Notes under the pieces: model-generated | Seen by the model: the letters and a program-made list of their open reading frames with translations, nothing else | The model's database searches: none | What the model was told of the DNA's origin: nothing | Translations under genes and position numbers: made by a program | Shown: positions 8,800 through 18,846 of the stretch, piece by piece | How positions within the stretch are numbered: position 1 is the first letter of the stretch | How the letters are laid out: each line of letters starts with the position of its first letter | Assembly: GCA_001179505.1 (NCBI GenBank) | Contig: CDMY01000740.1 | Location: forward strand, 1 to 25,604 | Direction of reading: 5' to 3' | DNA: 25,604 bases | Origin: Vitrella brassicaformis CCMP3155 | Taxonomy: Eukaryota > Protista > Chromerida

Positions 8800-10661
8800 A
8801 TGGGATTGCCAAGGGAATTCAATCGGGTGCTGCACGAGCACCTGAAATATTACGCCGCCTGGGAGCCCATCAGCAACCACTTCGTCCTCGGGAACTGGGG
8901 CGTCATTGAGAACGGCGTGTTTGTGTCACATGGGAACATCCGTGACTTAGACCCTGCCCTGAGTGACATCATCAGGGAAAGCGGAGTCAGCCGTGAGGCC
9001 TTCGAGGATTTCCGCTCCAGCGTGACCGTCAACGTCAGGACTGCCGGGGAGGGCACGGCCGACCTTCAGGTGTTGGATGGCGATGTCGCGGCCTCTCTCG
9101 AGTTCAAGTTCACAGAACGCAACGCTGTCCTGTTCAAGGGGTCTGTCGAGACCGTCAAGATTCTCAACGTGGACGAAGTATTGGGGCGGCTTGTCTCTCT
9201 TCCTGGCTGGAAGCGCCACTTCCGAGTTGTGGTGGGCCTCCGTAGAGGCAAGAACTGCACCATCGTCGCCGCAAGGGAGGCGGGTGCTACGGTGGCCTTC
9301 GGTGGCAGAGCAGAAGTGCTGCGGAAAATCCAAGCTGGCGCGATGGTAGCTGCCGGAGACTTCACAGTGCACGGAGAGGGCGCTACGAGCCTGTGCATTG
9401 TCGGCAAAGAAGGGGTGGTGGGTCTCGATTTGAGACGCGCCAAAGTGTCCACGTTTTCTTTCCGCTCTGACAACCTTCCCCTCCCCCTGGTTGCCCCGCT
9501 GAATGAGCCGCCGATTGGTCCTCGACGCCTGCCCCCGGTTACCGCGCTGAATGAGTCGCCGGTTGCTCCTTGCCAGAACGGCTCCTCGCCCATCAGCCGC
9601 TGCTTGGCTTCTTTCCTGAAGGCGAGTGCGCTGTGCATAGCGGTAGTGGTCGGCACCCCACTGTTCGTGGTGTTGCTCCTGCTCATAAGTGTGGTATTGG
9701 GGATCTGCTCGCCGTTCCTTCTCATCGCGAAGCTCCTGAAACCCTGTGCCCCTGATTGCTGCCTGCCCTTCCTGGATCGTTTGAATCTCGTGACGGAAGG
9801 AATAATTGGGGCGATTGGTTTACAGTCGGTGGCCTTCGCGTCCCCCCACCTTGCCGCCCCCCCGGCAGCCGCCGCCCCTCCCTTGCCGTCCCTCATTGGT
9901 TTACCGTCGGCGGCCTCCACGCCCCCCCGGCGGCCCCTCAGCGCCTCCCCCATGCCNNNNNNNNNNNNNNNNNNNNNNNNNNNNNNNNNNNNNNNNNNNN
10001 NNNNNNNNNNNNNNNNNNNNNNNNNNNNNNNNNNNNNNNNNNNNNNNNNNNNNNNNNNNNNNNNNNNNNNNNNNNNNNNNNNNNNNNNNNNNNNNNNNNN
10101 NNNNNNNNNNNNNNNNNNNNNNNNNNNNNNNNNNNNNNNNNNNNNNNNNNNNNNNNNNNNNNNNNNNNNNNNNNNNNNNNNNNNNNNNNNNNNNNNNNNN
10201 NNNNNNNNNNNNNNNNNNNNNNNNNNNNNNNNNNNNNNNNNNNNNNNNNNNNNNNNCCCCCCCCCCCCCCCCCCCCCCCCCTGCACCCCGCCGTGCAGGG
10301 GATGTCGAGCAAATGTGGCGAGGAAGGTACGGATCTATCGATGGCTGAGATGGACTGCTCGCTTGGCACGTTGAATGTCGTGTCTGCCCCTCTCTGTGTA
10401 TATGTCAGAGCTCGTCGAGGGAGCTTGTGGCCCATTCCACCATCAGTTCAGGGGGATCTTGGGAGTGTTGAGTTGCACTGTGATGAAGAAGCGGAGTTCC
10501 ATGAGTTCTACGAGGCCCCTCAGGTGTCGTCTTATCGGGTCGTGACTAAAGATGCGGAGGGGTCGACAGTCGTATTGGAAGTCGAAATGGATTGGGGTGA
10601 TGAGCTGTCCGATGACATGACGGAGGAGGCGTCTGGTGAAGATAGCGAGTTTCCGATGTAG
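8800..10661 (+). CDS. Gasdermin-like pore-forming protein with C-terminal membrane hairpin (continuity across the gap is inferred)
   Basis: ATG at 8800 follows an in-frame TGA at 8788, and the frame is uninterrupted to the gap at 9957. Residues 1-215 show gasdermin N-domain hallmarks as I recall them for bacterial/fungal-type members: YYAAWEP...LGNWG, an amphipathic beta region, ILNVDEVLGRL, W-x3-F-x-VV-x2-L-x2-G-x2-CTI and terminal VVGLDLRR. A Pro-rich linker and the uncharged stretch A275-A310 follow. After the gap, poly-Pro plus an acidic tail end at 10661 (frame of ORF 9756..10661). Confidence 0.72.
9957..10256. other. Assembly gap (300 N) within a GC/poly-C Pro-coding stretch
   Basis: N run; the true length and reading frame across it are unknown. 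Confidence 0.99.
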
Positions 10662-10974
10662 GAGGGACCATAGATTATCTTTCTGCTTTTCCAGTATGCT
10701 CTATGGGGTAGTTCTTTTTAGTGTCATGGGCTGATTGTCAGTCATGGGAGGGGAGGAGGTTGGAGGGGAAGAATGGACGGAGGCCTCGGACTTTGCTGTG
10801 CTTCTTGTGCTAGTCCGAGGCCAACTCGGTTGCTTTTGTGATAGTGCCGATATGGTAGATTTTATTAGTGTACATTTCTCCTGTTCTTTCTTTCTGCCTG
10901 ATGTGCATGACTTCTTAATGTATGACTCCACTCGCTACCTCACATGAGTCTCCCTCTCTTCGGTTTCTCTGTGT

Positions 10975-11735
10975 GTGTATGTCTGCCTCCCTTCCTCTAT
11001 GCGCACGGACCTCGTCTTGTCAAGCGAGGCCATCTACATTCAACATCCACGCGGACACAATCCAGGATTTATTGTCATCAACTATCTATCTGTCATCAGA
11101 CGTGCTGTATGTCCCTGTGACTCCTCCCTCCCTCTTGTCAAGCGAGGCCCTCTGCATTGATCACGTATGCGTACACATACAGATTTCTTCATCATCGACT
11201 ATCTATCTGTCATCAGACATGCTGTATGTACCTCTGTTCCCTCCTCCCTCTCCTCGTACGGACCTCCTTTTATCAAGCTAGGACCTCTGCATTTATCATG
11301 TATGCGTACACAAATACAGAGTTCTTCATGATCGACTATCTATCTGTCATCAGACGAGCTGTATACATATACCTGTGTCCCTTTCCCCCTCCCTCCCTCC
11401 CTCCCTCCATGCATACGGACCTCCTTTTACCAAGCGAGGCCCTCGCTGGAGTGTGATGATGCAGAGACAATTGATACCGTGCAAGTTCTCTACAGCGAGG
11501 CCCTCGGCATTCATCATATATGCGTACGCAAATACAGAGTTTCTCATCATCGACTATCTATCTTTCATCGGACGTGCTGTACGTACTTGTGTCCCTCTCT
11601 CCCTCATACGCACGAACTCCTCTTGTCAAGCGAGGCCATCTGCATTCATCATGTATGCGTACAAGAATACAGAGTTCTTCATCGACTATTCATCTGTCAT
11701 CAACTATTTATCTGTCATCAGACGTGCTGTATGTA
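10975..11735 (+). repeat. Second tandem-repeat family B (~6 degenerate units, mostly ~120-155 bp)
   Basis: The anchor caagcgaggcc or a variant occurs at 11021, 11139, 11274, 11431, 11493 and 11627, with recurring actatctatctgtcatcagac. Confidence 0.9.
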
Positions 11736-11829
11736 ATCCACCATCACCGCCCCCTGCGCCTGCGCAAGATATGGCAGTGGTCGCCTTGGAAGGCCCCATC
11801 ACCGGCACCTCCACTGCGCCTCTCTTTAC

Positions 11830-12008
11830 CGTGTTCACCATAGCAGAATGAAAGCTCGAAAAAGCGAATCTGGCGTAGCCTGCTCAGCGCTCCATTCTAG
11901 ACTCTGCGAAGCTCCATTGGACCTCGAAAATACAATGCTTTTGGGAGAATACTAAGAAAGTGTTCTTATCGTGTTAACCATAGCAGAATGAAAGCTTGAA
12001 AAGCCGTG
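11830..12008 (+). repeat. Degenerate direct duplication with a 140-bp period in an AT-richer segment
   Basis: cgtgttcaccatagcagaatgaaagctcgaaaa at 11830 and cgtgttaaccatagcagaatgaaagcttgaaaa at 11970. Confidence 0.8.
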
Positions 12009-12340
12009 TCTCAGGCAGCGTGTTCCGCTGTCCACTCCAGATTCTTCTGCAAACATTCATCGAACCTGAGAGAACTCAGTGGTGAAAAGACGTTTGGCAC
12101 ATTGAAGATGAGCAATATGTAAATGACACAGGCACTAACAAGTTCGTCGTAATGGATGGAAATAATAAGATACACTATGCTACGATGACGCTTAATGATT
12201 TCAGTGTCACCGTAGGAATTCCGCCTGATATGAGCAGTTATTTAGCGGAAGATGAATTCTTAAGACTGTGAATAATTCAGCAATTGGATTCAATGCTCCT
12301 TTTTTCGGCGACCATAATTTAAGGATAGGTTTTCAACCAA

Positions 12341-13882
12341 CTGCGCATGCACGTTTGGATTTGGAGTGCGTGTATATATGATGAGTGTCTCTGTGTGCAC
12401 ACCTGCGCATACACGTTTGGACTTGGAGTGTGGGTATATGATGATGAGTGTCTCTGTGTGCACACCTGCGCACACACGTTTGGACTTGGAGTGTGGGTAT
12501 ATGATGATGAGTGTGACTTGGAGTGTGGGTATATGATGATGAGTGTCTCTGTGTGCACACCTGCGCACACACGTTTGGACTTGGAGTGCGGGTATATGAT
12601 GATGAGGTGTCTCTGTGCGCACACCTGCACATGCACGGTCTCTGTGCGCAGACCTGCACATGCACGTTTGGACTTGGAGTATGTACATATGATAAATGTC
12701 TCTGTTCGCACACCTGCGCATACACGTGGCGACTTGGAGTGTGTGTATATGATGAGTGTCCCTGTGCGCACACCTGTATGCACGTTTGGATTTGGAGTGT
12801 GTGTATATATCATGACCTGCGCATGCACGCGTCGACTTGGAGTGTGTATATGACGATTCTCTGCGCGCACACCTGCGCATGAACGCGTCGACTTGGAGTG
12901 TGTGTTTATGATCAATGTCTCTGTGCGCACACCTGCGCATGCACGCGTCGATTTGGAGTGTGTATATGATGATTGGCACGCGTCGACTTGGAGTGTGTAT
13001 ATGATGATTGTCTCTGTGCGCACACCTGCGCATGAGCGTCGATTTGGAGTGTGTGTACATATAGTGAAAGTCTCTGTGCGCACACCTGCACATGCACGCG
13101 TCGCCTTGGAGTGTGTGTAGATGATGAATGTCTCTGTGCGGCACTCGTCGACTTGGAGTGTATGTATATGATGAATATCTCTGTGCGCACATCTGCGCAT
13201 GCATGCGTGGACTTAGAGTGTGTGTATATGATGGATGTCTCTCTGCGCATACCTGTTCATACACGCATCTACTTGGAGTATGTGTTTATGATGAATATTT
13301 CTGTGCGCACACCTGCGCATGCACGCGTTGACTTGGAGCGCGTGTATATGATGAATGTCTGTGTGCGCACAGCTGCGCATGCATGTTTGGACTTGGAGTG
13401 TGTGTCATGCATGTTTGGACTTGGAGTGTGTGTATATGATGAATGTCTCTGTGCGCACACCTGTGCATGCACGTCTGTATGTGTATATGATGAATGCGTG
13501 TGCGCACACACCTGCGCATACACGTTTGGACTTGGAATGCGTGTATATGATGAATGTCTTGTGCGCAGGTGATGATGAATGTCTCTGTGCGCACACCTGC
13601 GCATGAACGCGTCGACTTGGAGTGTATGTATATATGATGAATGTCTGTGTGCGCACACCTGCGCATGCACGCGTCGACTTGGAGTGCGTATATGACGATT
13701 CTCTGCGCGCACACCTGCGCATAAACGCGTCGACTTGGAGTGTGTGTTTATGATCAATGTCTCTGTGCGCACACCTGCGCATGCACGCGTCGATTTGGAG
13801 TGTGTATATGATGATTGGCACGCATCGACTTGGAGTGTGTGTATATGATGAGTGTCTCTGTGCGCACACCTGCGCATGCATG
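12341..13882 (+). repeat. 60-bp minisatellite array A3 (TG orientation, ~25 units)
   Basis: Consensus units, with an internal higher-order duplication (~12817-12998 vs ~13658-13838). Confidence 0.95.
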
Positions 13883-14164
13883 TGTTGGTCGCATCGTTCC
13901 CTGCTCACTGACCTCCGGCCTCTTTGATAAGTCTGCGTGATTTCTGCACGAAGTCTTCGCCGCTGGCTGGCAGTGCCCCCAATGCCGCAGACAACAGCGA
14001 CAATAGCAACCACGCCTTCATTAGAATGTCGCGCTTCGAAAGATTGGCTACATGTACCGAACGCAGGCAGGTGTACGGAAGGCCCTAACGGAAAAGTGCG
14101 CTGGGTGAGTTTTCGTGATCTTCTCTTTGCGAGCAATTAATCGCATTTCAAGCGGGCTCCATCA

Positions 14165-14742
14165 CCATCATATACACACACACTCCAAGTCGGCGTGTGC
14201 ATGCGCAGGTGTGCGCACAGAGACGTTTATCATATACTCACACTCCAAGTCCAACCGTGCATGCATAGGTGTGCGCATACAGACATTCATCATATACTCA
14301 GACTCCACGTCCAAACGTGCATGCGCAGGTGTGCGTACAGAGACATTCATCGTATACAAAGAGACACGGTGGATGGTGTGTGGGGCAGAGAGGCCAATGG
14401 TTTTTTCAGCCGCCTGGTTGAGAAGCTGCGCACCAAGGCTGCGTGGGCAGACAAGTCGTATGGCCACGTGATGGGGTGGGTTCGTGCCCGTCTGTCTGTT
14501 GCGTTGGCGCGTAGTGCGAGTATGTGTGTGCGTGGTGGGCGGCGCCGCTGGAAGATACGCCAGGCGGGCGCTGAGGATGGTGCTGGCATGTTTGTCGCAT
14601 GATTGAGGGTTGGTCGATTGACGCAGTTCCTTTCATGAGAGACCGACAGACTCTGCCTGCCGTTGCGCTATGAGTTAACGTATTTCCACACCTATACAAA
14701 GAGACATTCATCATATACACACACAGAGACATTCATCATATA
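14165..14742 (-). repeat. 60-bp minisatellite array A4 (CA orientation), interrupted by a retroelement insertion
   Basis: Reverse-complement units at 14165-14352, resuming at 14707-14742. Confidence 0.9.
14353..14706 (+). mobile_element. 5'-truncated CRE-clade non-LTR retrotransposon (family Y) with 14-bp target-site duplication
   Basis: TATACAAAGAGACA occurs at 14353-14366 and 14693-14706. The insert encodes TVDGVWGREANGFFSRLVEKL...WADKSYGHVMGWVRARLSVALARSASMCVRGGRR...DGAGM* (REL C-terminus, stop at 14600-14602) plus a ~90-bp 3' UTR. Confidence 0.85.
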
Positions 14743-15405
14743 TCGATTGAAGTGATTCAACAAATTGGCCCACAACGGGTCTGACACACACAATGACGCG
14801 TGACAGACACGCGCTGTGGTTTTGTCGGTGTCTCTATGGATGCATCCCAATAATTCAGCGGGTATGTGTGCACATTTGTTGGAGAAAAAGGGCTGCGCGA
14901 GGATGTCTCCCCTTGCGAGCCTGTTGGGGGCCTTCGGGGGCGTGAGGTTTTGAACACGCACAAGGAGATAAGCATCGGAGCCGTGAAGATCATGGTGTGG
15001 GCCCTCTTCTTACTTTTGCTCGCCATTCGCCACGAGAGAGCCTTCACCTTCGGGCCATGTGAGTGAATCACAGAGGATTCATTGATGTCATCTGTGTTGT
15101 GTCGTCACATACAAATGAGGATTTCTTCAAGGCGCTGTTTGGTACCTCTGACTTCTTATCGCCGTCCTGTGCTTCCACGATGACCGTCACGAGCGGAGCT
15201 GATTCTGGGGTCGGCACGCTCAGGGAGGCACTTGGCACGCTGGAAGCACAAAACCCCGAGACAGAGACGGCCATACGATGCGTCCGCGTTTCGGCAGGGA
15301 TCACGGACATTGTTGTAGGGAGTCCTCTGACTTTCGGAGGTGCTGAATCGTGCATTCTTACATATGCGAGTGGTGGCATGCCTGTCTCTCTTTGTCTTAC
15401 CGACT

Positions 15406-17640
15406 TGCATACGCAGGTCGCATGCACAGGTGTGCGCACAGAGACGTTCAGCATATACACACACTCCAAGTCCAAGCGTGCACGCGCAAGTGTGCGGACA
15501 CATTCATCAGGTAAACACACCTCAAGTCCAAAAGTGCATGCGCAAGGGTGCTCACCCATACATTCATCATATACACAGACGCCACGTCCAAACGTGTATG
15601 CACAGGTGTGCGCACAGACATTCATCATATACACACACTCCAAGTCGACACGTGCAGGACAGCAGTGCGCACAGATACATTCATCATATACACACACTCC
15701 AAGTCAACACGTGCATGCGCAGGTGTGCGTACAGACATTCATCATTATACACACTCCAGGTCGACGCGTGCAGAGACATTTATCATTAAACACACTCCAA
15801 GTCGACGCGTGCATGCGCAGGTGTGCGTACAGAGACATTCAAACGTGCATGCGCAGGTGTGCGCACACACAGACATCATATACACACACTCCAAGTCGAC
15901 ACGTGCACGGCAGGTGTGCGCACACAGACATTCATCATATACACACACTCCAAGCCGACACGTGCATGGGCAGGTGTGCGCACAGAGACGTTCGACGTAT
16001 ACACGCACTTCAAGTCGACGCGTGTATGCGCAGGTGTGAGCATACAGACATTCATCATACATACACACACACTCCAAGTCGATGCGTGCATGCGCAGGTG
16101 TGCGCACACGGACATGTCGACGCGTGCATGCGCAGGTGTGCGCACAGAGACATTCATTATGTATACACACACTCCAAGTCGACGCGTGCATGCGCAGATG
16201 TGCGTACAGACATTCATCATTACACACACTCCAAGTCGACGCGTGCATGCGCAGGTGTGCAGACAGAGACATTCGACATTCATCATATACACACACTCCA
16301 AGTCGACGCGTGTATGCGCAGGTGTGCGCACACATTCATTAGGTATACACACCCCAATTCCACACGTGCATGCGCAGGTGTGCATACAGACATTCATCAT
16401 ATACACACACTCCAAGTCGACACGTGCACGGCAGGAGTGCGCACAGAGACATTCATCATATACACACACTCCAAGTCAACACGTGCATGCGCAGGTGTGC
16501 GTACAGAGACATTCAAACGTGCATGCGCAGGTGTGCGCACAGGGACATTCATCATATATACACAGACTCCACGTCCAAACGTGCATGCGCAGGTGTGCGC
16601 AGACAGACATTCACCATATACACACACTCCAAGTCAACACCTGCATGCGCGACATTCATCATTACACACACTCCAAGTCCACACGTGCATGCGCAGATAT
16701 GCGCATAGACACGTTCATCATATATGCACACCCTCCAAGTCCAAACGTGTATGCGCAGGTGTGCGCACAGAGACATTCATCATAGACACACACACTCCAA
16801 GTCGAAATTTCGAAACGTGCTCGTACAGGTGTGCGCAGAGAGTCATTCATCATGTACACACAATCCAAGTTGGCGCGTATATGCGCAGGTGTGCACACAC
16901 AGGTATTCATCATATACACACACTCCAAGTCCACGCGTGCATGCGCAGGTGTACGCACACAGACATTCATCATAGACACACACATTCCAAGTCAACACGT
17001 GTCCAAGTCAACACGTGCATGCGCAGGTATGCGCACAGAGATATTCATCACAGACACACACTCCAAGTCGACGCGTGCATGCGCAGCTGTCTGCACAGAG
17101 ATATTCATCATTACACACACTCCAAGTCGACGCGTGCATGCGCAGGTGTGCGTACAGAGACATTCATCATATACGCACACACAGACATTTATTATATACA
17201 CACACTCCAAGTCGACACGTGTATGCGCACGTGTGCGCAGAAAGACATTCATCATACACACACATACTCCACGTCCAAACGTGTATGCGCAGGTGTGCAG
17301 ACAGAGACATTCGACATTCATCATATACACACACTCCAAGTCGACGCGTGTATGCGCAGGTGTGCGCACACATTCATCAGGTACACACACCCCAAGTCCA
17401 CACGTGCATGCGCAGGTGTGCATACAGACATTCATCATATACACACACTCCAAGTCAACACGTGCATGCCCAGGTGTGCGTACAACACACTCCAAGTCGA
17501 CGCGTGGCTGCGCAGGCGTGCTCACAAAGACATTCAATACATACACACACTCCAAGTCCACGCGTATATGCGCAGGTGTGCACGCAGAGACATTCACTAC
17601 GTAGACATACTTCACGTCGAGCTCCAAGTCGACGCGTGTA
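15406..17640 (-). repeat. 60-bp minisatellite array A5 (CA orientation, ~37 units)
   Basis: Reverse-complement consensus units, with a higher-order duplication of period ~1038 bp (16261 vs 17299). Confidence 0.95.
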
Positions 17641-17941
17641 CATCAAGCAAGCTGAGTTCATTCCTGGCCAAGGCATGTAGAACGAAGACGTCTGTGCCAG
17701 GATCTGATTGTGTTATCGTGTTTATTCTGCCGCCCTCGAGCGCATTCACGAAGTCACTGCATGAGGACGCAATCATAAGTTGTATCGAGTGTGTTCGCTA
17801 GTTCGTGAGACAGACACTTTACCTGAAATGCTTCCTGATTACGCCCCTGGACCTTTCTGGTTTTTTTATGGTTGCCTCGAGACTAGCGCCTTCCACACAC
17901 GAGAGGCCACCAGATGGGGCCGGCTCGCAGGCCACCGTTAT

Positions 17942-18730
17942 AGAGTGAGGCCGCCACACCATTCATCCGCCCCTTCCCCAGAGACGAGGTCTGGGGGAGG
18001 GGTGCTTATTCACCCCACTAGGCCTTTTGCTCGACACACTGTGCCGCGCCTTTCTTTCGCATGCATGTGACTTCAATGTGCCTCTGTGTGTGTGTGTGTG
18101 GGTGGGTGTGGGTGTGTGTGTGTATGGGTGTCTACGTCTGAGGCTGGGGTGTCGGTATTCGTATGAGGGCGTGTAGCGAGGGGTGGGTATGTCGGCACGG
18201 CATTCGATTGCGTCTGGCTGTATGTGTCTTGCCCTTGTGGTTTTCCCTGCGGTGATGTGTGTGCGGGCGTGCTTTGTGGGTGTCTGCAAGTCGGCCTCCT
18301 GCCGCCCCCTCTCCGCCGTGGAGACTGGAGCGGCGGTGCGCCCCACTTTCGGACACCCTCATCTCCCCGCGTGTGTTTGTGTCAAGGGCATATTTGTGTG
18401 TGACTGGTCGATCTGCACTGGCTGGCCAGCTGGGGATGGGCGGTATGTACGTATGGAGTCATGGTGCAGCACGCACGTCGCCTTCGGGCTGCCCCTTCCA
18501 GCCGCGTGCTGGGGCGGCGTGCGTGTGACGGTATGTGCCTGCTCGCTCGTATGTTGCCGTCGTTCGCAGCGCATTGCATATCCACCTGTTTGCTGCATCT
18601 GCCCTCTGCGTGCTGCGTGTTGCGTGTCCGGGTTGCATGTTGGGGTGCATGTTGCATGCTGGGATGGACAAACATGGAACTGGGCCGTCAGGCCGCCTAG
18701 GGTGCTTCCTGAAACCGCTGCTGCTGCCCT
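17942..18730 (+). mobile_element. REL non-LTR retrotransposon family X, copy C (3' UTR only)
   Basis: Colinear homolog of the reverse complement of 1640-2470. It includes a (TG)n tract at ~18083-18125 and ends ~120 bp upstream of the lipase ATG. Confidence 0.7.
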
Positions 18731-18846
18731 TTTCTTTCAAGAGTCCCAGATCTTCAAAGATTCGTGTCCTCTCACACTCCTGTATCGGATTTTCGAACAC
18801 GGTCCTCGGGAGTTTTTGGACGGTCATTCTGTCATCCAAACGACGG

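Noticed and set aside
10257-10374. C-terminus of the track ORF 8800..10374 (PPCTPPCRGCRANVARK...)
   Set aside because: The frame across the gap is arbitrary. The alternative frame ending at 10661 gives a longer, more protein-like acidic tail. Neither is proven.
14743-15405. Unique island between arrays as a gene (14866..15066, N-terminus of 15063..17801, minus-strand ORFs)
   Set aside because: Several competing frames, no recognisable domain and no consistent exon structure; it may be a gene fragment but cannot be called.
12341-17640. Satellite arrays as CRISPR-like arrays
   Set aside because: The units are contiguous and degenerate, with no unique spacers and no cas genes, in a eukaryotic context.
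15063-17801. 912-aa ORF and other long His/Cys/Thr-rich ORFs (12290..13264, 15823..16785, 17015..17680 etc.) as repeat or zinc-finger proteins
   Set aside because: The CA strand of the 60-bp unit has no stop codon in any frame, so long ORFs arise by default. The 912-aa frame drifts among all three repeat registers, which is inconsistent with selection on a protein repeat. The sporadic stops in the other two frames are too few to make one open frame significant.
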